Shown here in pieces: positions 51,924-63,240 of a DNA stretch of 64,000 bases. The notes beneath the pieces were generated by a model. That model worked only from the letters and a program-made list of their open reading frames with translations. It had not been told where the DNA came from and searched no databases. Each line of letters starts with the position of its first letter. Position 1 is the stretch's first letter. The stretch lies in the NCBI GenBank assembly GCA_943788175.1, contig CALSPG010000002.1, positions 37,317-101,316 of the forward strand, given 5' to 3'. This stretch comes from an uncultured bacterium. Its GTDB lineage: Bacteria > Fidelibacterota > Marinisomatia > Marinisomatales > UBA1611. A program made the translations under genes and the position numbers.

Positions 51924-53920
51924 TTAACACTAACCTTCATGCTTCTTTCAAAGCTATCAATTTCATCTCGAAGTTTAGCAGCTTTTTCAAAATCTAAATT
52001 TTCAGCAGAATTAATCATTTCTTTTCTAAGCTCTAATAAAATATTTTCACGATCCTGCAATGTCATGTCTTCAAAGTTTTGATCCTTTGATATAATCTCT
52101 TCTTCCTTAGCCGAACCAGCTACAGATGTAGATAGCATAATTTCATCAATCGATTTATTTATAGTCTTGGGTACGATATTGTTTTTAATATTGTAAGATT
52201 TTTGTACTTTTCTACGCCTCTTTGTTTCTATAATCAAATTATCCATCGCATCAGTTACCTTATCTCCATAAAGGATAACCTTACCTTCAACGTTCCTTGC
52301 AGCTCTGCCAGCTACTTGAAGAAGACTGCTTTTTGACCTTAAAAATCCTTGTTTATCAGCATCAATTACAGCCACCAAACTTACTTCAGGTAAGTCCAAA
52401 CCTTCTCTCAATAAATTAATACCAATCAATACGTCAAAAATTCCAATCCTTAAATCTCTCAATATCTTTACTCTTTCAACACTTACTATCTCCGAGTGTA
52501 AATATCTCACTTTTATATTTACACCGCTTAAGTAATCTGTTAAATCTTCAGCCATTCTTTTTGTCAAGGTAGTTACTAATACTCTTTCATTCTTTTTAGA
52601 CCTTTTTCTTATTTCACCAATTAAGTCATCAATTTGACCTTTTGAACTACGGACATCGACTTTTGGATCTAACAGTCCCGTGGGTCTAAGAATTTGCTCT
52701 ACAACAACTCCTTTACAAAACTCTAATTCAGTGTCAGATGGTGTAGCAGAAACAAAAAGCATCTGATTTTGAGATTTGATAAACTCATCATATTTTAATG
52801 GTCTATTGTCAAGTGCACTTGGCAATCTAAAACCATGCTCTACTAGAGACATTTTTCTTGCTCGATCTCCATTGTACATTGCTCTTATTTGTGGAAGAGT
52901 GACATGCGATTCATCTAAAATTGTTAAAAAATTTTCGGGGAAAAAGTCTATTAAAGTAAATGGTTTCTCACCTTCTTTTCTTCCCGCAAAATATCTAGAA
53001 TAATTCTCAATACCAGAACAATAACCAAGCTCGATCATCATTTCAATATCAAAATTTGTCCGTTGTTCTAACCGTTGGGCTTCTAATAGTTTATTATGGG
53101 ACCTTAAAAATTCTAATCTATCTATCAGCTCTTTTTGTATCATATCAATAACTTGTAATGTTTTTTCCTTATCTGTAACGAAATGCTTTGCCGGGAAAAT
53201 AACTACTTTTTCAATTTCTTCGATTATTTCTCCTGTCAAATAATCAAATTTAGAAATTGTTTCAATTTCTGTTCCAAATAGTTCTATTCGTATACACAAG
53301 TCTTCGTATGCTGGAAAGATTTCAATAACATCCCCCAGCACTCGAACATTACCCCTTTCAAGAACTTGATCATTTCTTGAATAATGAATATGAACGAGAT
53401 TAGATAATAACTGCTTTCTATCTAAATTATCACCACAGGAAACAGTTACAGAGCCTTTTATATATTCTTCTGGAGCACCCAGACCGTAGATACAAGAAAC
53501 TGAAGAAACAACTATAACATCTTCCCTACTCATCAATGAACTCGTTGTTTTTAACCTGAGTTTGTCAATCTCTTCATTTATTGAAGCATCTTTTTCAATA
53601 TAAGTATCCGTAACTGGTAAATATGCCTCAGGCTGATAATAGTCATAATAACTTATAAAGAATTCAACCGCATTATTTGGAAAAAGTTGTTTCATCTCAC
53701 CATACAACTGGGCAGCAAGCGTTTTATTATGTGACATTATTAAAGTTGGTCTTTTAATTGTTTCAATAACATTTGCCATGGTAAAAGTTTTTCCAGAACC
53801 AGTGATGCCCAATAAAGTAGTATATGGTTCACCTTTATCAAGTGATAATATTAAATCTTCGATTGCTGAAGGTTGATCGCCTGTAGGCTTATATAAGGAC
53901 TCAATTTTAAAATCTGCCAT
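51920..53920 (-). CDS. uvrB: Excinuclease ABC subunit B
   Basis: [24 protein letters not shown]. Confidence 0.98.
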   Translation of the reverse strand: MADFKIESLYKPTGDQPSAIEDLILSLDKGEPYTTLLGITGSGKTFTMANVIETIKRPTLIMSHNKTLAAQLYGEMKQLFPNNAVEFFISYYDYYQPEAYLPVTDTYIEKDASINEEIDKLRLKTTSSLMSREDVIVVSSVSCIYGLGAPEEYIKGSVTVSCGDNLDRKQLLSNLVHIHYSRNDQVLERGNVRVLGDVIEIFPAYEDLCIRIELFGTEIETISKFDYLTGEIIEEIEKVVIFPAKHFVTDKEKTLQVIDMIQKELIDRLEFLRSHNKLLEAQRLEQRTNFDIEMMIELGYCSGIENYSRYFAGRKEGEKPFTLIDFFPENFLTILDESHVTLPQIRAMYNGDRARKMSLVEHGFRLPSALDNRPLKYDEFIKSQNQMLFVSATPSDTELEFCKGVVVEQILRPTGLLDPKVDVRSSKGQIDDLIGEIRKRSKKNERVLVTTLTKRMAEDLTDYLSGVNIKVRYLHSEIVSVERVKILRDLRIGIFDVLIGINLLREGLDLPEVSLVAVIDADKQGFLRSKSSLLQVAGRAARNVEGKVILYGDKVTDAMDNLIIETKRRRKVQKSYNIKNNIVPKTINKSIDEIMLSTSVAGSAKEEEIISKDQNFEDMTLQDRENILLELRKEMINSAENLDFEKAAKLRDEIDSFERSMKVSVK

Positions 53921-53975
53921 AATGACTAATTTACCAATTTTTCACAAGAATCGTCAATGGCAGACTATGAGAATA

Positions 53976-55824
53976 TTATAATTTATTCTGTAACGATTTA
54001 GATACAGATATAATTTCTTTACTTATTTTTTTTGATAAACCTATTTTTTTAAAAATAGAATCGGGTGTTTGGTTAGCTAAATCAGCAGTTCCATCATAAT
54101 TAGTAAATATTTTTTTTTATTGTTTTCTCCCCGACACCACTAATTCCTAACAACGGAGAGTCTATCGTTGTTTTCTTTCTTTTCTGTCTTTGAAAAGAAA
54201 CCGCGAAACGATGTGCTTCATCACGAATTCTCTTTAATAAAACTAAACCTGTAGAATCTTTATGTATACTTTGAGCATTAGAATTTCCAGGAACAAAAAC
54301 CTCTTCTAATCTTTTTGCTAATCCAATTATAGGTATATAATCGAGCCCTAACTCTCTCAAAGCAGACATCGCCATGCTCAATTGACCTTTACCCCCGTCA
54401 ATCAGAATTAAATCAGGATAAATTGATTTTTCTTTTTTAAGTCGACTATATCTTCTAAAAACAACTTCTCTAATTGATGCAAAATCATCAATTTTATTAA
54501 CTGTTTTAATTTTAAATTTTCTGTAGTTTTTTTTTCTTGGCTTACCGTCAATAAAGGATACCATTGAGGCGACAGTATCTGTTCCACCTAAATGAGAGAT
54601 ATCAAAACCTTCGATATTCTTTGGTGGTACTTCGAGCCTTAAATCACCTTGTAAGGATAATACGGAATTTGGTATATATTGTTTGTACTTGTTTTTTTTT
54701 AAAATCCAATCATTTAAGAGAAGTTCAGCATTTTTTATGGTTATTCTAAGTTCCTTGGCTTTCTCTCCTATTTTAGGATATTCAAATTGTACTTTTCCCT
54801 TTCTTTCGGAAGATAAAAGCTCTTGTAATTCTTGATCATTTGAAGGTCTTATTGGCAAGGAAATAACAGGCGGAATTAAATTACTTTCCATATAAAATTG
54901 TGAAATAACAGTTTTATATGTACTTTTTTCATCATAAAACAAATTTTGCAAAGATATTTTTTCTCTACTATAGATAAATCCATTTCTTATTCTAATGATT
55001 ACTACAACTCCAATTTCATTTTTACTTGCAAGAGCAAAAACATCTCTATCTTCTAATGTTGAACGCACATGACTTTTCCGAGAACTAAATCCTTGAATAG
55101 ATTTTAATTGATCTCTAAATAATGCTGCCTCCTCGTAAAGCATATTCTTAGAGGCTTCTTCCATTTTGGATAAAATATAAGTTTCTATCTCATTTGTCTG
55201 ACCTTTCATAAAAGCGATAACATGTTTTATCATGTTATTATATTTTGATTGAGAAACTAAGCCTTCACAAGGTCCTTGACATCTTTTTATATGATAATCT
55301 AAACATATAGAAATTTTCTTTTCTTTAATAAAATTATCGTCAATAAAATAGCTGCAGCTTCTAATTGGAAAAACTTTATGCAAAACCTTTAATATCATTC
55401 TCAATCTGCGAGAATCTGTGTAAGGACCAAAATATTTTGATCCATCTTTTTTTATTTTTCTAGTTATCAATAATTGTGGGTATGGTTCTTTTGTAATTTG
55501 TAAATAAGGATACGATTTGTCATCTTTCATCAGAACATTATACTTAGGCCGATGTTTTTTAATTAAGTTTGCCTCAGTGAGAAGTGCCTCAATCTCATTC
55601 TCAACAATAATCCATTCAAAGTTTTCTGCATTTTTCATCATAGATACAGTCTTTGAAGATTGATTTTTTTTGCTTTGAAAATATGATCTTAATCTATTTT
55701 TAAGATTTTTTGCTTTCCCAATGTATATTATTACATTTTTTTTATTTTTAAAGGAATAAACACCGGGTAATTCAGGAAGGGCTTTTAATTGGTCTTGGTT
55801 CTTTTCCATTTGAATATTGAACAA
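53976..55824 (-). CDS. uvrC: Excinuclease ABC subunit C (+1 frameshift at T9 54110-54118 in the HhH tail)
   Basis: GIY-YIG, FDISH, LIDGGKGQ, RDEAHRFA. The shifted frame continues to a stop at 53976. Confidence 0.95.
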
Positions 55825-55842
55825 TTTTTCAAATTAAAAAAA

Positions 55843-56250
55843 CTACGCTGGCCTCTCAGCTAACTCAACCAAAACACCGCCTGTACATTTTGGATGAATA
55901 AAAATGACTTTAAAACCTTCTACTCCAATTTTAGGAATATCATTTAATACTTCAATTCCAGAAGATTTAAGTTCAATTATCGCTTGATATACGTCATCAA
56001 CTTCTAAACAGACATGATGTATCCCTGGACCTCGATTTCTTATAAATTTATCGATAGGAGAATTAGGTCCCATAGAAGTGAGAAGTTCTATTTTCCCTCT
56101 AGATGTATCATAAATTTTTGTATTTACGCTTTCTGACTTAACGCTTTCAGAGTGAGAATGAAGAATATTTAAAATATTGCCCCAAAAAGAAGATGATTCA
56201 TTTAAATCTTTTACAGCAATTCCAATGTGTTCAATTCCTAATATTTTCAT
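55843..56250 (-). CDS. mce: Methylmalonyl-CoA epimerase
   Basis: IEHIGIAV, GIHHVC, FIHPK.TGGVLVEL. Confidence 0.9.
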   Translation of the reverse strand: MKILGIEHIGIAVKDLNESSSFWGNILNILHSHSESVKSESVNTKIYDTSRGKIELLTSMGPNSPIDKFIRNRGPGIHHVCLEVDDVYQAIIELKSSGIEVLNDIPKIGVEGFKVIFIHPKCTGGVLVELAERPA

Positions 56251-56252
56251 TA

Positions 56253-57287
56253 TTAAAGCAATTCAAATTTCTTTTGTTTTAGGTTTAATCCTAATCCTGC
56301 TTTTAAGGATTGGAGTTTTAAGTGCCCATCCTCAATTTTTACACCATTATAAGGGTCATCTTTTATTAAAAGATTGCCATCTAGATCAATAAAATCACAG
56401 GCACTTGATAAGTGCGCTGCTGCGGTAATGCCTACTGAAGACTCAACCATGCAACCAAGCATAATTTTCAATTCTAATTTTTTTGCAAGATCTATCATTT
56501 TCAAAGCTTCATCAAAGCTACCACATTTCATCAGCTTTATATTGATACCATCGAAACAATCAACTAGGCCATTCAAATCATTTGATGAAATACTATTCTC
56601 ATCTGCTATCAAAGGTAATGGGGAGATAGATTTTAATCTTTTTGTGTCTTTTAAATTTAAAGCTGAAAATGGTTGCTCAATAAACTCTACATTCATATCA
56701 GCGAGCCAAAATGCCATGTTCTTAGCCATTTCATAGTCCCAACCTTCATTGGCATCAATTCTTATCAATTTATCTGTTTTTTTCCTTATTATTCTTATAA
56801 TCTCTTTATCATTATCTGGAGTACCTAATTTTACTTTTAATATTGAGCATTGTTCGCTTTCTTCCAACCGCTCATCGAGCTCATTTAGATTTCCTATTGC
56901 AATCGTATAGCTAGTTTTTGGAAGAATCTCGTCTTTAAAACCAAACATCTTAAATAATGGGACTTTTTCTTTTTGTGCACCCCAGTCCCAAACTGCCATA
57001 TTTACTGCAGCTTCTAAAGATGATATACCTTTTAACTGAGGTTTTAAGAAATTCCATAAATGATCTCTAGAATTACAATTTTCGGGGATAGTTAAGCCCT
57101 TATTTAAAACTGATAAGATTAATTCGACAGATTCGTTGTAACGCTTTGAAGGTGCCGCTTCACCTCTCGCGATAATATCCCCATCCAATATATAAATATA
57201 TATAATGTCGTAATAATCATTCGAACTTCGAGAAATACCGAAGGTATGAATAAGATTTATTCTATTTTTACAAAATTTAATTTCCAT
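56253..57287 (-). CDS. Enolase-superfamily dipeptide epimerase / N-acetyl-D-glutamate racemase (DgcA-like)
   Basis: KVK, DANE, EQP, DE, KLMKCG, GCM, DLDG. Confidence 0.88.
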   Translation of the reverse strand: MEIKFCKNRINLIHTFGISRSSNDYYDIIYIYILDGDIIARGEAAPSKRYNESVELILSVLNKGLTIPENCNSRDHLWNFLKPQLKGISSLEAAVNMAVWDWGAQKEKVPLFKMFGFKDEILPKTSYTIAIGNLNELDERLEESEQCSILKVKLGTPDNDKEIIRIIRKKTDKLIRIDANEGWDYEMAKNMAFWLADMNVEFIEQPFSALNLKDTKRLKSISPLPLIADENSISSNDLNGLVDCFDGINIKLMKCGSFDEALKMIDLAKKLELKIMLGCMVESSVGITAAAHLSSACDFIDLDGNLLIKDDPYNGVKIEDGHLKLQSLKAGLGLNLKQKKFELL

Positions 57288-57289
57288 AA

Positions 57290-58316
57290 TTATATTAGAT
57301 TCGAAATTGATTCAATTAAATTTGAATTTCCGAATCTAATTAAATCTGTTGTTGGAAGTTTATATGAAGACTCAAATTCGTTTATTGTATTCTTAGCAAT
57401 ACTTTTATCCAATTCAAATGTTAATAGGTTGATGCCAATAAATGAAGACTTTTTGAATGGAGCCATAAGATCAATATGAAGTTGCATAAGTTTATTAATA
57501 TCTGGTATTTCATGTCCCATCACATCCTTTGTGCGACTAGGGTCATGTGTTAAAATGAAATAATCAGGCATACACCCGTGAATTAATCCTAAAGTTACAC
57601 CAGAGTATGCATAATTTGATAACGCTCCTTGACCCTCAACGATTATTAAGTCAGTATCGTCCTCTACTCTAGTATCTATAAGGTTCTCCATTTCACCAGA
57701 CATAAAATCTGATATTACAGCATCTATTGCAATACCATCTGAAAGCAATATCCCTGTTTGCCCTGTTCCAATAAATTTAACTTTTTTATTCAATACACTT
57801 AATCTAGTTTTAATTTCCCAAGCAGTTGTCATTTTACCCGAATCACAATCTGTGCCTACAACTAAAATAACTGGAGTATATCGTTCACGCCAAGAACCTT
57901 TCGAAAAATTTGGCGGATTTGGAGGCATCCTTAAATCGATAATTTTTGAACCAGATTTCTTAGCAAGTTTTTTTAAATATGTATTCTTGGATAAAAATTC
58001 ATGCATTCCACTTACAATGTTTACGCCATCTTGTTATAGCTTCTTTTATCTCATTAAGCATTTGTTCACTGACGATTCCCCCCTGAGGAGCGTTTCCTAT
58101 GACAAGGTGATCTGGTTTATATTTTTTCGTATCGTTAAATGAACCAACCACTGGGATGTCACCTCCAATTTGAATAACATCATTTGAGGTTAAGCCTTTT
58201 TTTTCAGGGTCAATAATTGCTACTACTTCATCTTCCATATAACGTATAAGCATATTCCCCGTTTTATTTTCAATATGATTGAAAGAATTAATTGCTAAAA
58301 CAACGAAGCGAGACAT
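57290..58316 (-). CDS. DUF1611 protein (D-glutamate N-acetyltransferase DgcN-like); +1 frameshift near 58034
   Basis: KTGNMLIRY and IGNAPQGG join VSGMHEFL, GTDCDSGKMTT, TGQTG, EGQG. Confidence 0.85.
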
Positions 58317-58328
58317 CTTAGCAATTAG

Positions 58329-59093
58329 TTAGTATTTGGGTGGTCTTTTTTGAACGAAAGCAGTTAAACCTTCTGAAGTTTCATCGGTTTCAAATAAATC
58401 TGAAAACTTTTTAGCTTCGATTTCCAGCCCAGCTTTTAGATCTAAATTTGAACTACTATTTATTAATTTAATTGATTCATTAATAGCATTAGGACTATTT
58501 CTTATTATAGTTTCAGCAATTTTATTACAATTGGAAATTAAATCATCTTTTTTTACAACTTTATTAACAAGACCTATTTCATATGCCCTTTCAGCAGAAA
58601 TATTCATACCAGTTAATATTATTTCATTTGCAATCCCCTTGCCTACTATCCTGGGCAACCTTTGCGTTCCGCCCCATCCGGGTAATAACCCTATCTTAAC
58701 CTCTGGCTGAGAAAAAATGGCATCTTCACTAGCTATTCTAATATGGCATGATAATGCAAGCTCTGAACCCCCTCCAAATGCATACCCATTTACTGCAGCA
58801 ATTACTGGTTTATTTGAATTTTCAATTAAACTTGTAATCAAATGTCCCTTTTTTGCAAATTTTAATGCTTCTTTCTTACCCATACCTTGCATTAGCTTAA
58901 TATCGGCTCCAGCTATAAAGGCTTTATCTCCAGCACCAGATACTATAATTACCCTGACGTCAGAATCTGATATAAGCTCATTAATTTTTGATATAAATTC
59001 ATCTAAAACCTGACTATTCATTGCATTTAATGAACCAGGTCTATCAATTTTTAAATAACCTATTGAATTTTTAACTGAAATTTTTATAAACAT
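58329..59093 (-). CDS. Enoyl-CoA hydratase/crotonase
   Basis: AFIAGADI, GGGSELALSC, PEVKIGLLPGWGGTQRL. Confidence 0.92.
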   Translation of the reverse strand: MFIKISVKNSIGYLKIDRPGSLNAMNSQVLDEFISKINELISDSDVRVIIVSGAGDKAFIAGADIKLMQGMGKKEALKFAKKGHLITSLIENSNKPVIAAVNGYAFGGGSELALSCHIRIASEDAIFSQPEVKIGLLPGWGGTQRLPRIVGKGIANEIILTGMNISAERAYEIGLVNKVVKKDDLISNCNKIAETIIRNSPNAINESIKLINSSSNLDLKAGLEIEAKKFSDLFETDETSEGLTAFVQKRPPKY

Positions 59094-59099
59094 ATAAGT

Positions 59100-60569
59100 T
59101 TATTTCCAATATGTTCTGCTTAATAATACAATAACAGTAAAAATCTCTAACCTACCTAGGAGCATGCAAAAAGATAATATCCATTTTCCTGCTTGAGGCA
59201 ATAGAGCATAATTATCTGTAGGGCCAAAAGAACCTAAACCCGGACCTATATTACCCATTGCTGAAGCGGCTGCACCTATAGCCGATAATAGATCTACACC
59301 CATAAAGGTTAAAGCAATTGAAGAGATAGCGAATGATGATACAAAGAACAAAAAGAAACCAAGAGTATTTCTTACGACATCTTCATTTATGGACTGTTTA
59401 CCAATACGAACAGGAATTAATGCTCGCGAGTGTAACATTCTCCTAGTTTCTGAAGCTGCATATTTGACAAGCACCATAACTCTTATTATTTTCATTCCGC
59501 CGCCTGTAGATCCACCCATAGCACCAACAAACATTAAAGAAAGAAGAACAGCTTGCGTAAAGAAAGGCCATAGCTCATAATCAGCAGAGCCGAATCCTGT
59601 TGTCGTTATAATCGATATCGTTTGAAACATAGAATGCCTAAGATTAGCCAAATTATAACTATTATGATTCCACGATATGGATAAAAATATTAAAAAGCTA
59701 ATTGAAACGATTAGAAATAAATAAGCTATAAATTCTCTATCTTTACTGTAAGATTTGAACGATCCGTTTAGAGCTTTATAATGAAGCGAAAAGTTGACTC
59801 CTGCTAGAAGCATGAAAAACATAATTACGAACTCAATAAGGTAATTATCATAATATGCAATACTTGCATTTTTTATAGAAAAACCACCAGTAGGCATAAT
59901 AGTAAAAGCATGACAGATTGAATCAAATATTGGCATTCCAACTAGAGCAAGAGCTATTATGTTTACAAAAGTAATGCCAAGGTAAACAATCCATAACATT
60001 TTTGCAGTCTCTCTTAATCTAGGCTTTATTTTGTCAGCTACAGGCCCTGGAACTTCTAATTTAAATAATTGTATTCCGCCTGAACCTAGAATGGGAAGGA
60101 TGGCTATATAGAATACGACAATACCCATACCCCCAATCCATTGAATAAATGACCTCCAAAACAAAAGACCGTGACTAAGGCTCTCGATACCATTTGGTAA
60201 ATTTGGTAAAGTAGCCGGATTCCCAATTATACTAGCTCCAGTCGTGGTCACACCAGACATAGACTCAAAAAAAGCATCAGTAAAATTTGGAATAGCACCT
60301 GTTAAATAAAATGGCAAAGCTCCAGCTAAAGCTGCCGTTATCCAAGAAAAAGTGACGACAGCAAATCCTACTTTATTACTTAAAGATTTATTATTTCTAG
60401 TAAAAAACCAAACAGGAGCACCAAAACAGGTACAAATTAAAAATGAATTAATAAAACCAAGTGTATCTGATTCACTAAAATAAATTGAAATTAAAATAGG
60501 TATTAACAATGTAACACCTAAAAGAAAAAGCAATGCTCCAAGAACATTTAATATAGGTTTAAAGTTCAT
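59100..60569 (-). CDS. trkH: Trk K+ uptake membrane protein
   Basis: FESMSGVTTTGA, TTTGF, GSTGGG, MLLGRLE. Confidence 0.95.
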   Translation of the reverse strand: MNFKPILNVLGALLFLLGVTLLIPILISIYFSESDTLGFINSFLICTCFGAPVWFFTRNNKSLSNKVGFAVVTFSWITAALAGALPFYLTGAIPNFTDAFFESMSGVTTTGASIIGNPATLPNLPNGIESLSHGLLFWRSFIQWIGGMGIVVFYIAILPILGSGGIQLFKLEVPGPVADKIKPRLRETAKMLWIVYLGITFVNIIALALVGMPIFDSICHAFTIMPTGGFSIKNASIAYYDNYLIEFVIMFFMLLAGVNFSLHYKALNGSFKSYSKDREFIAYLFLIVSISFLIFLSISWNHNSYNLANLRHSMFQTISIITTTGFGSADYELWPFFTQAVLLSLMFVGAMGGSTGGGMKIIRVMVLVKYAASETRRMLHSRALIPVRIGKQSINEDVVRNTLGFFLFFVSSFAISSIALTFMGVDLLSAIGAAASAMGNIGPGLGSFGPTDNYALLPQAGKWILSFCMLLGRLEIFTVIVLLSRTYWK

Positions 60570-61918
60570 GACGTAAACATTTTATTGATCTTTATTCTAG
60601 CTTCAGGTTTTGCAAACACTAAAGCGATATCTTCCTCCGTTAATTGACTATTTCCATGAGCTACACTGATTTTTCCATGATGATTAATCATACCTATAAT
60701 GCTATCTTTTGGAATATTCAATCTATTAAGAGTTTTTGTAGTTATTTCACTCCCCTCTTCTGGTTGCAATTCAAATGCATCTAGACCAATCTCATGAAAA
60801 GCCGCGACCGATGTATCAGAAATATCACTATGAAGTTTTCTTAATATTGAATTCGCTGTTGATAAATTTTTGCTTATAACAGCACCAAAACCTATTTCTT
60901 TTATAGTTGGCATATAATCAGTATTAACAACATGAATTATACTTTGCTTCGCTCCTAGGTGGTTTGCTAACATTCCAGAAATTAAATTAGTCTTTTCATT
61001 TTCTGTAACTGCAATGAAAGTATCAACTTCTTGTATGTTCTCCGCTTTTAAAAATTCAACATCTGTTCCATCACCATAGACAACCATAGCATCTTCTAAT
61101 TTTGTTGATATGTTTCCAGCTTTTTGCCTATCATAATCTATAAGTCTAACATTATAATCTTTTGATATTTGAGCAGCTAATGTTCTTCCAATTTTTGAAC
61201 CACCAACAATCATAATATTATCTGATACAGAACTAGTTATATTTAATAAATCAAGCAATCTATCAATATTTTTAGATTTCAAAACAAAATGAGCAATGTC
61301 ACCTTCACGAAACTTAAAATCTGAAGAAGGCATAATTGATTCGTTGTCCCTTAATACAGCAACCACTGTAAATCTAAACCTATCAGTTGTTTTACAAATT
61401 TCTGATAAGGTTTTATTATCAAGCAATAGCTTCTTCCATCTATCGATTCTAATACCAACCATAGTCAATCGTCCACCTTCAAAACTTCTAGCTTGAACAG
61501 CATAAGGATACTTCATTAATTGAATTATTTCTCGGCAAACCTCGTATTCAGGGTGAATAACCATATCAACACCAAATTTTTCGGGTTTAATTATACTATC
61601 TCTTGATGAATATTGCTGATCTCTAAGCCTTGCAATGATTTTATTGGCACCTAGCTCGTGAGATTGTTGAGAAGCAATTAAATTTATCTCATCTACTTTT
61701 GTGAGACACAAGACATAATCGGCATCACATACTTTAGCATCTAATAAAACTTTAGGACTGGCACCATTGCCTTCAACTACAATAACATCCAGATTTTCTG
61801 TCGCTCTTTGACACTTTTCTGAATCAATGTCAACTATTGTAATGTCATAGTTCTCTTCGCTTAAAGCTTTAGCAACATGAAAACCAACTTCACCTGCACC
61901 AATAATTATTACTTTCAT
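60566..61918 (-). CDS. trkA: Trk K+ uptake NAD-binding subunit
   Basis: Two RCK domains (GAGEVG, GGSKIG). Confidence 0.95.
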   Translation of the reverse strand: MKVIIIGAGEVGFHVAKALSEENYDITIVDIDSEKCQRATENLDVIVVEGNGASPKVLLDAKVCDADYVLCLTKVDEINLIASQQSHELGANKIIARLRDQQYSSRDSIIKPEKFGVDMVIHPEYEVCREIIQLMKYPYAVQARSFEGGRLTMVGIRIDRWKKLLLDNKTLSEICKTTDRFRFTVVAVLRDNESIMPSSDFKFREGDIAHFVLKSKNIDRLLDLLNITSSVSDNIMIVGGSKIGRTLAAQISKDYNVRLIDYDRQKAGNISTKLEDAMVVYGDGTDVEFLKAENIQEVDTFIAVTENEKTNLISGMLANHLGAKQSIIHVVNTDYMPTIKEIGFGAVISKNLSTANSILRKLHSDISDTSVAAFHEIGLDAFELQPEEGSEITTKTLNRLNIPKDSIIGMINHHGKISVAHGNSQLTEEDIALVFAKPEARIKINKMFTS

Positions 61919-61990
61919 TAATTATATATCATCTATACTTATATTTAAAAAATACATTATTTTTCTCAAAATAAAAGCCTTTATTGTTTA

Positions 61991-63238
61991 TTAAGACTCT
62001 CTCATGATTTCAGCGCCTAGTCCTAAAAACTTTTTCTCAATTTTTTCATAACCACGATCTATATGATAAATACGACTAATCTCAGTTTTACCTTTTGCTG
62101 CTAGTGCTGCAATAAAAAGAGCCGCACTGGCTCTTATGTCAGTTGACATTACAGGAGCACCAACTAATTGATTCACTCCTCTAATAAATGCAGTGTTTTT
62201 TTCTACTTTGATATTTGCTCCTAATCTAGCTAATTCAGGGATATGACTGAATCTATCATGGTACACAGTATCTGTTACTATAGCTGAACTCTCTGAAAGA
62301 GACATTAAGGCAACCCACTGAGCCTGTAAATCTGTTGGAAAACCAGGGTAAACGGCTGTGGTCATATCTATAGAATTAATTTTTTGTGGCGGTGATATCA
62401 ATATTGAACTGGCTTCAATTTTAACTTTGCAACCAACTTCACTTAACTTATCAGTGACTTTCTTAAGATGTAATGGAATGATATTTTTGATTTTTATTTC
62501 ACCATTTAACGCTCCCGCCATAAGAAAAGTACCTGCTTCAATTCTATCAGGTATTACTGTTATATCAGCTTGATTTAGTTCCTTGACTCCAGAGATAATA
62601 AGTGTATCAGTTCCAACACCTTCAATATCTGCTCCCATACTATTTAAAAACTCACATAATTGAGTTATCTCTGGCTCCTTTGCACAATTATATAATCTTG
62701 TCAAACCTTTTGCTCTTACTGATGCCATAACTAAGTTACCAGTCGCACCGACAGATGGGAATTCAAAATGAATATCAGCTCCTTTTAGCTCTTTTGCTTC
62801 AGCCAGTATATTACCACCTTCCAAATCAAGCTTTGCACCAAGCTTCTCTAGACCCTTTAAATGATAATCTACGGGCCTAGGACCCCATGCACATCCGCCT
62901 GGTAGAGAGACTTGCACCTTACCAAATCTAGAGATTAAAGGACCTAGTACATAAAATGACGCTCTCATTGTTTTTACAAGTTCATATGGGGCTTCGGGAT
63001 TATTAACTCCGGTTGAATCAATGGTTACGGAGCCGTTATTAAAAGAAGTTTTTGCTCCAGTAATTTCAAGTAATTGCATCATAGTACGAGTGTCTCTAAG
63101 GTCAGGAACATTATGTATTGTAAACTTACCTGGACACAGTAGCGTAGCAGACATTATAGGCAGAACTGCATTCTTTGCTCCACTTATTTTGACTTCCCCG
63201 CTGAGCGTTTTACCACCATTAATTATAATTTTAGCCAT
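61991..63238 (-). CDS. murA: UDP-N-acetylglucosamine 1-carboxyvinyltransferase
   Basis: SGAKNA, MRAS, LPGGC, PGFPTDLQ, DRGYE. Confidence 0.98.
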   Translation of the reverse strand: MAKIIINGGKTLSGEVKISGAKNAVLPIMSATLLCPGKFTIHNVPDLRDTRTMMQLLEITGAKTSFNNGSVTIDSTGVNNPEAPYELVKTMRASFYVLGPLISRFGKVQVSLPGGCAWGPRPVDYHLKGLEKLGAKLDLEGGNILAEAKELKGADIHFEFPSVGATGNLVMASVRAKGLTRLYNCAKEPEITQLCEFLNSMGADIEGVGTDTLIISGVKELNQADITVIPDRIEAGTFLMAGALNGEIKIKNIIPLHLKKVTDKLSEVGCKVKIEASSILISPPQKINSIDMTTAVYPGFPTDLQAQWVALMSLSESSAIVTDTVYHDRFSHIPELARLGANIKVEKNTAFIRGVNQLVGAPVMSTDIRASAALFIAALAAKGKTEISRIYHIDRGYEKIEKKFLGLGAEIMRES

Positions 63239-63240
63239 TT

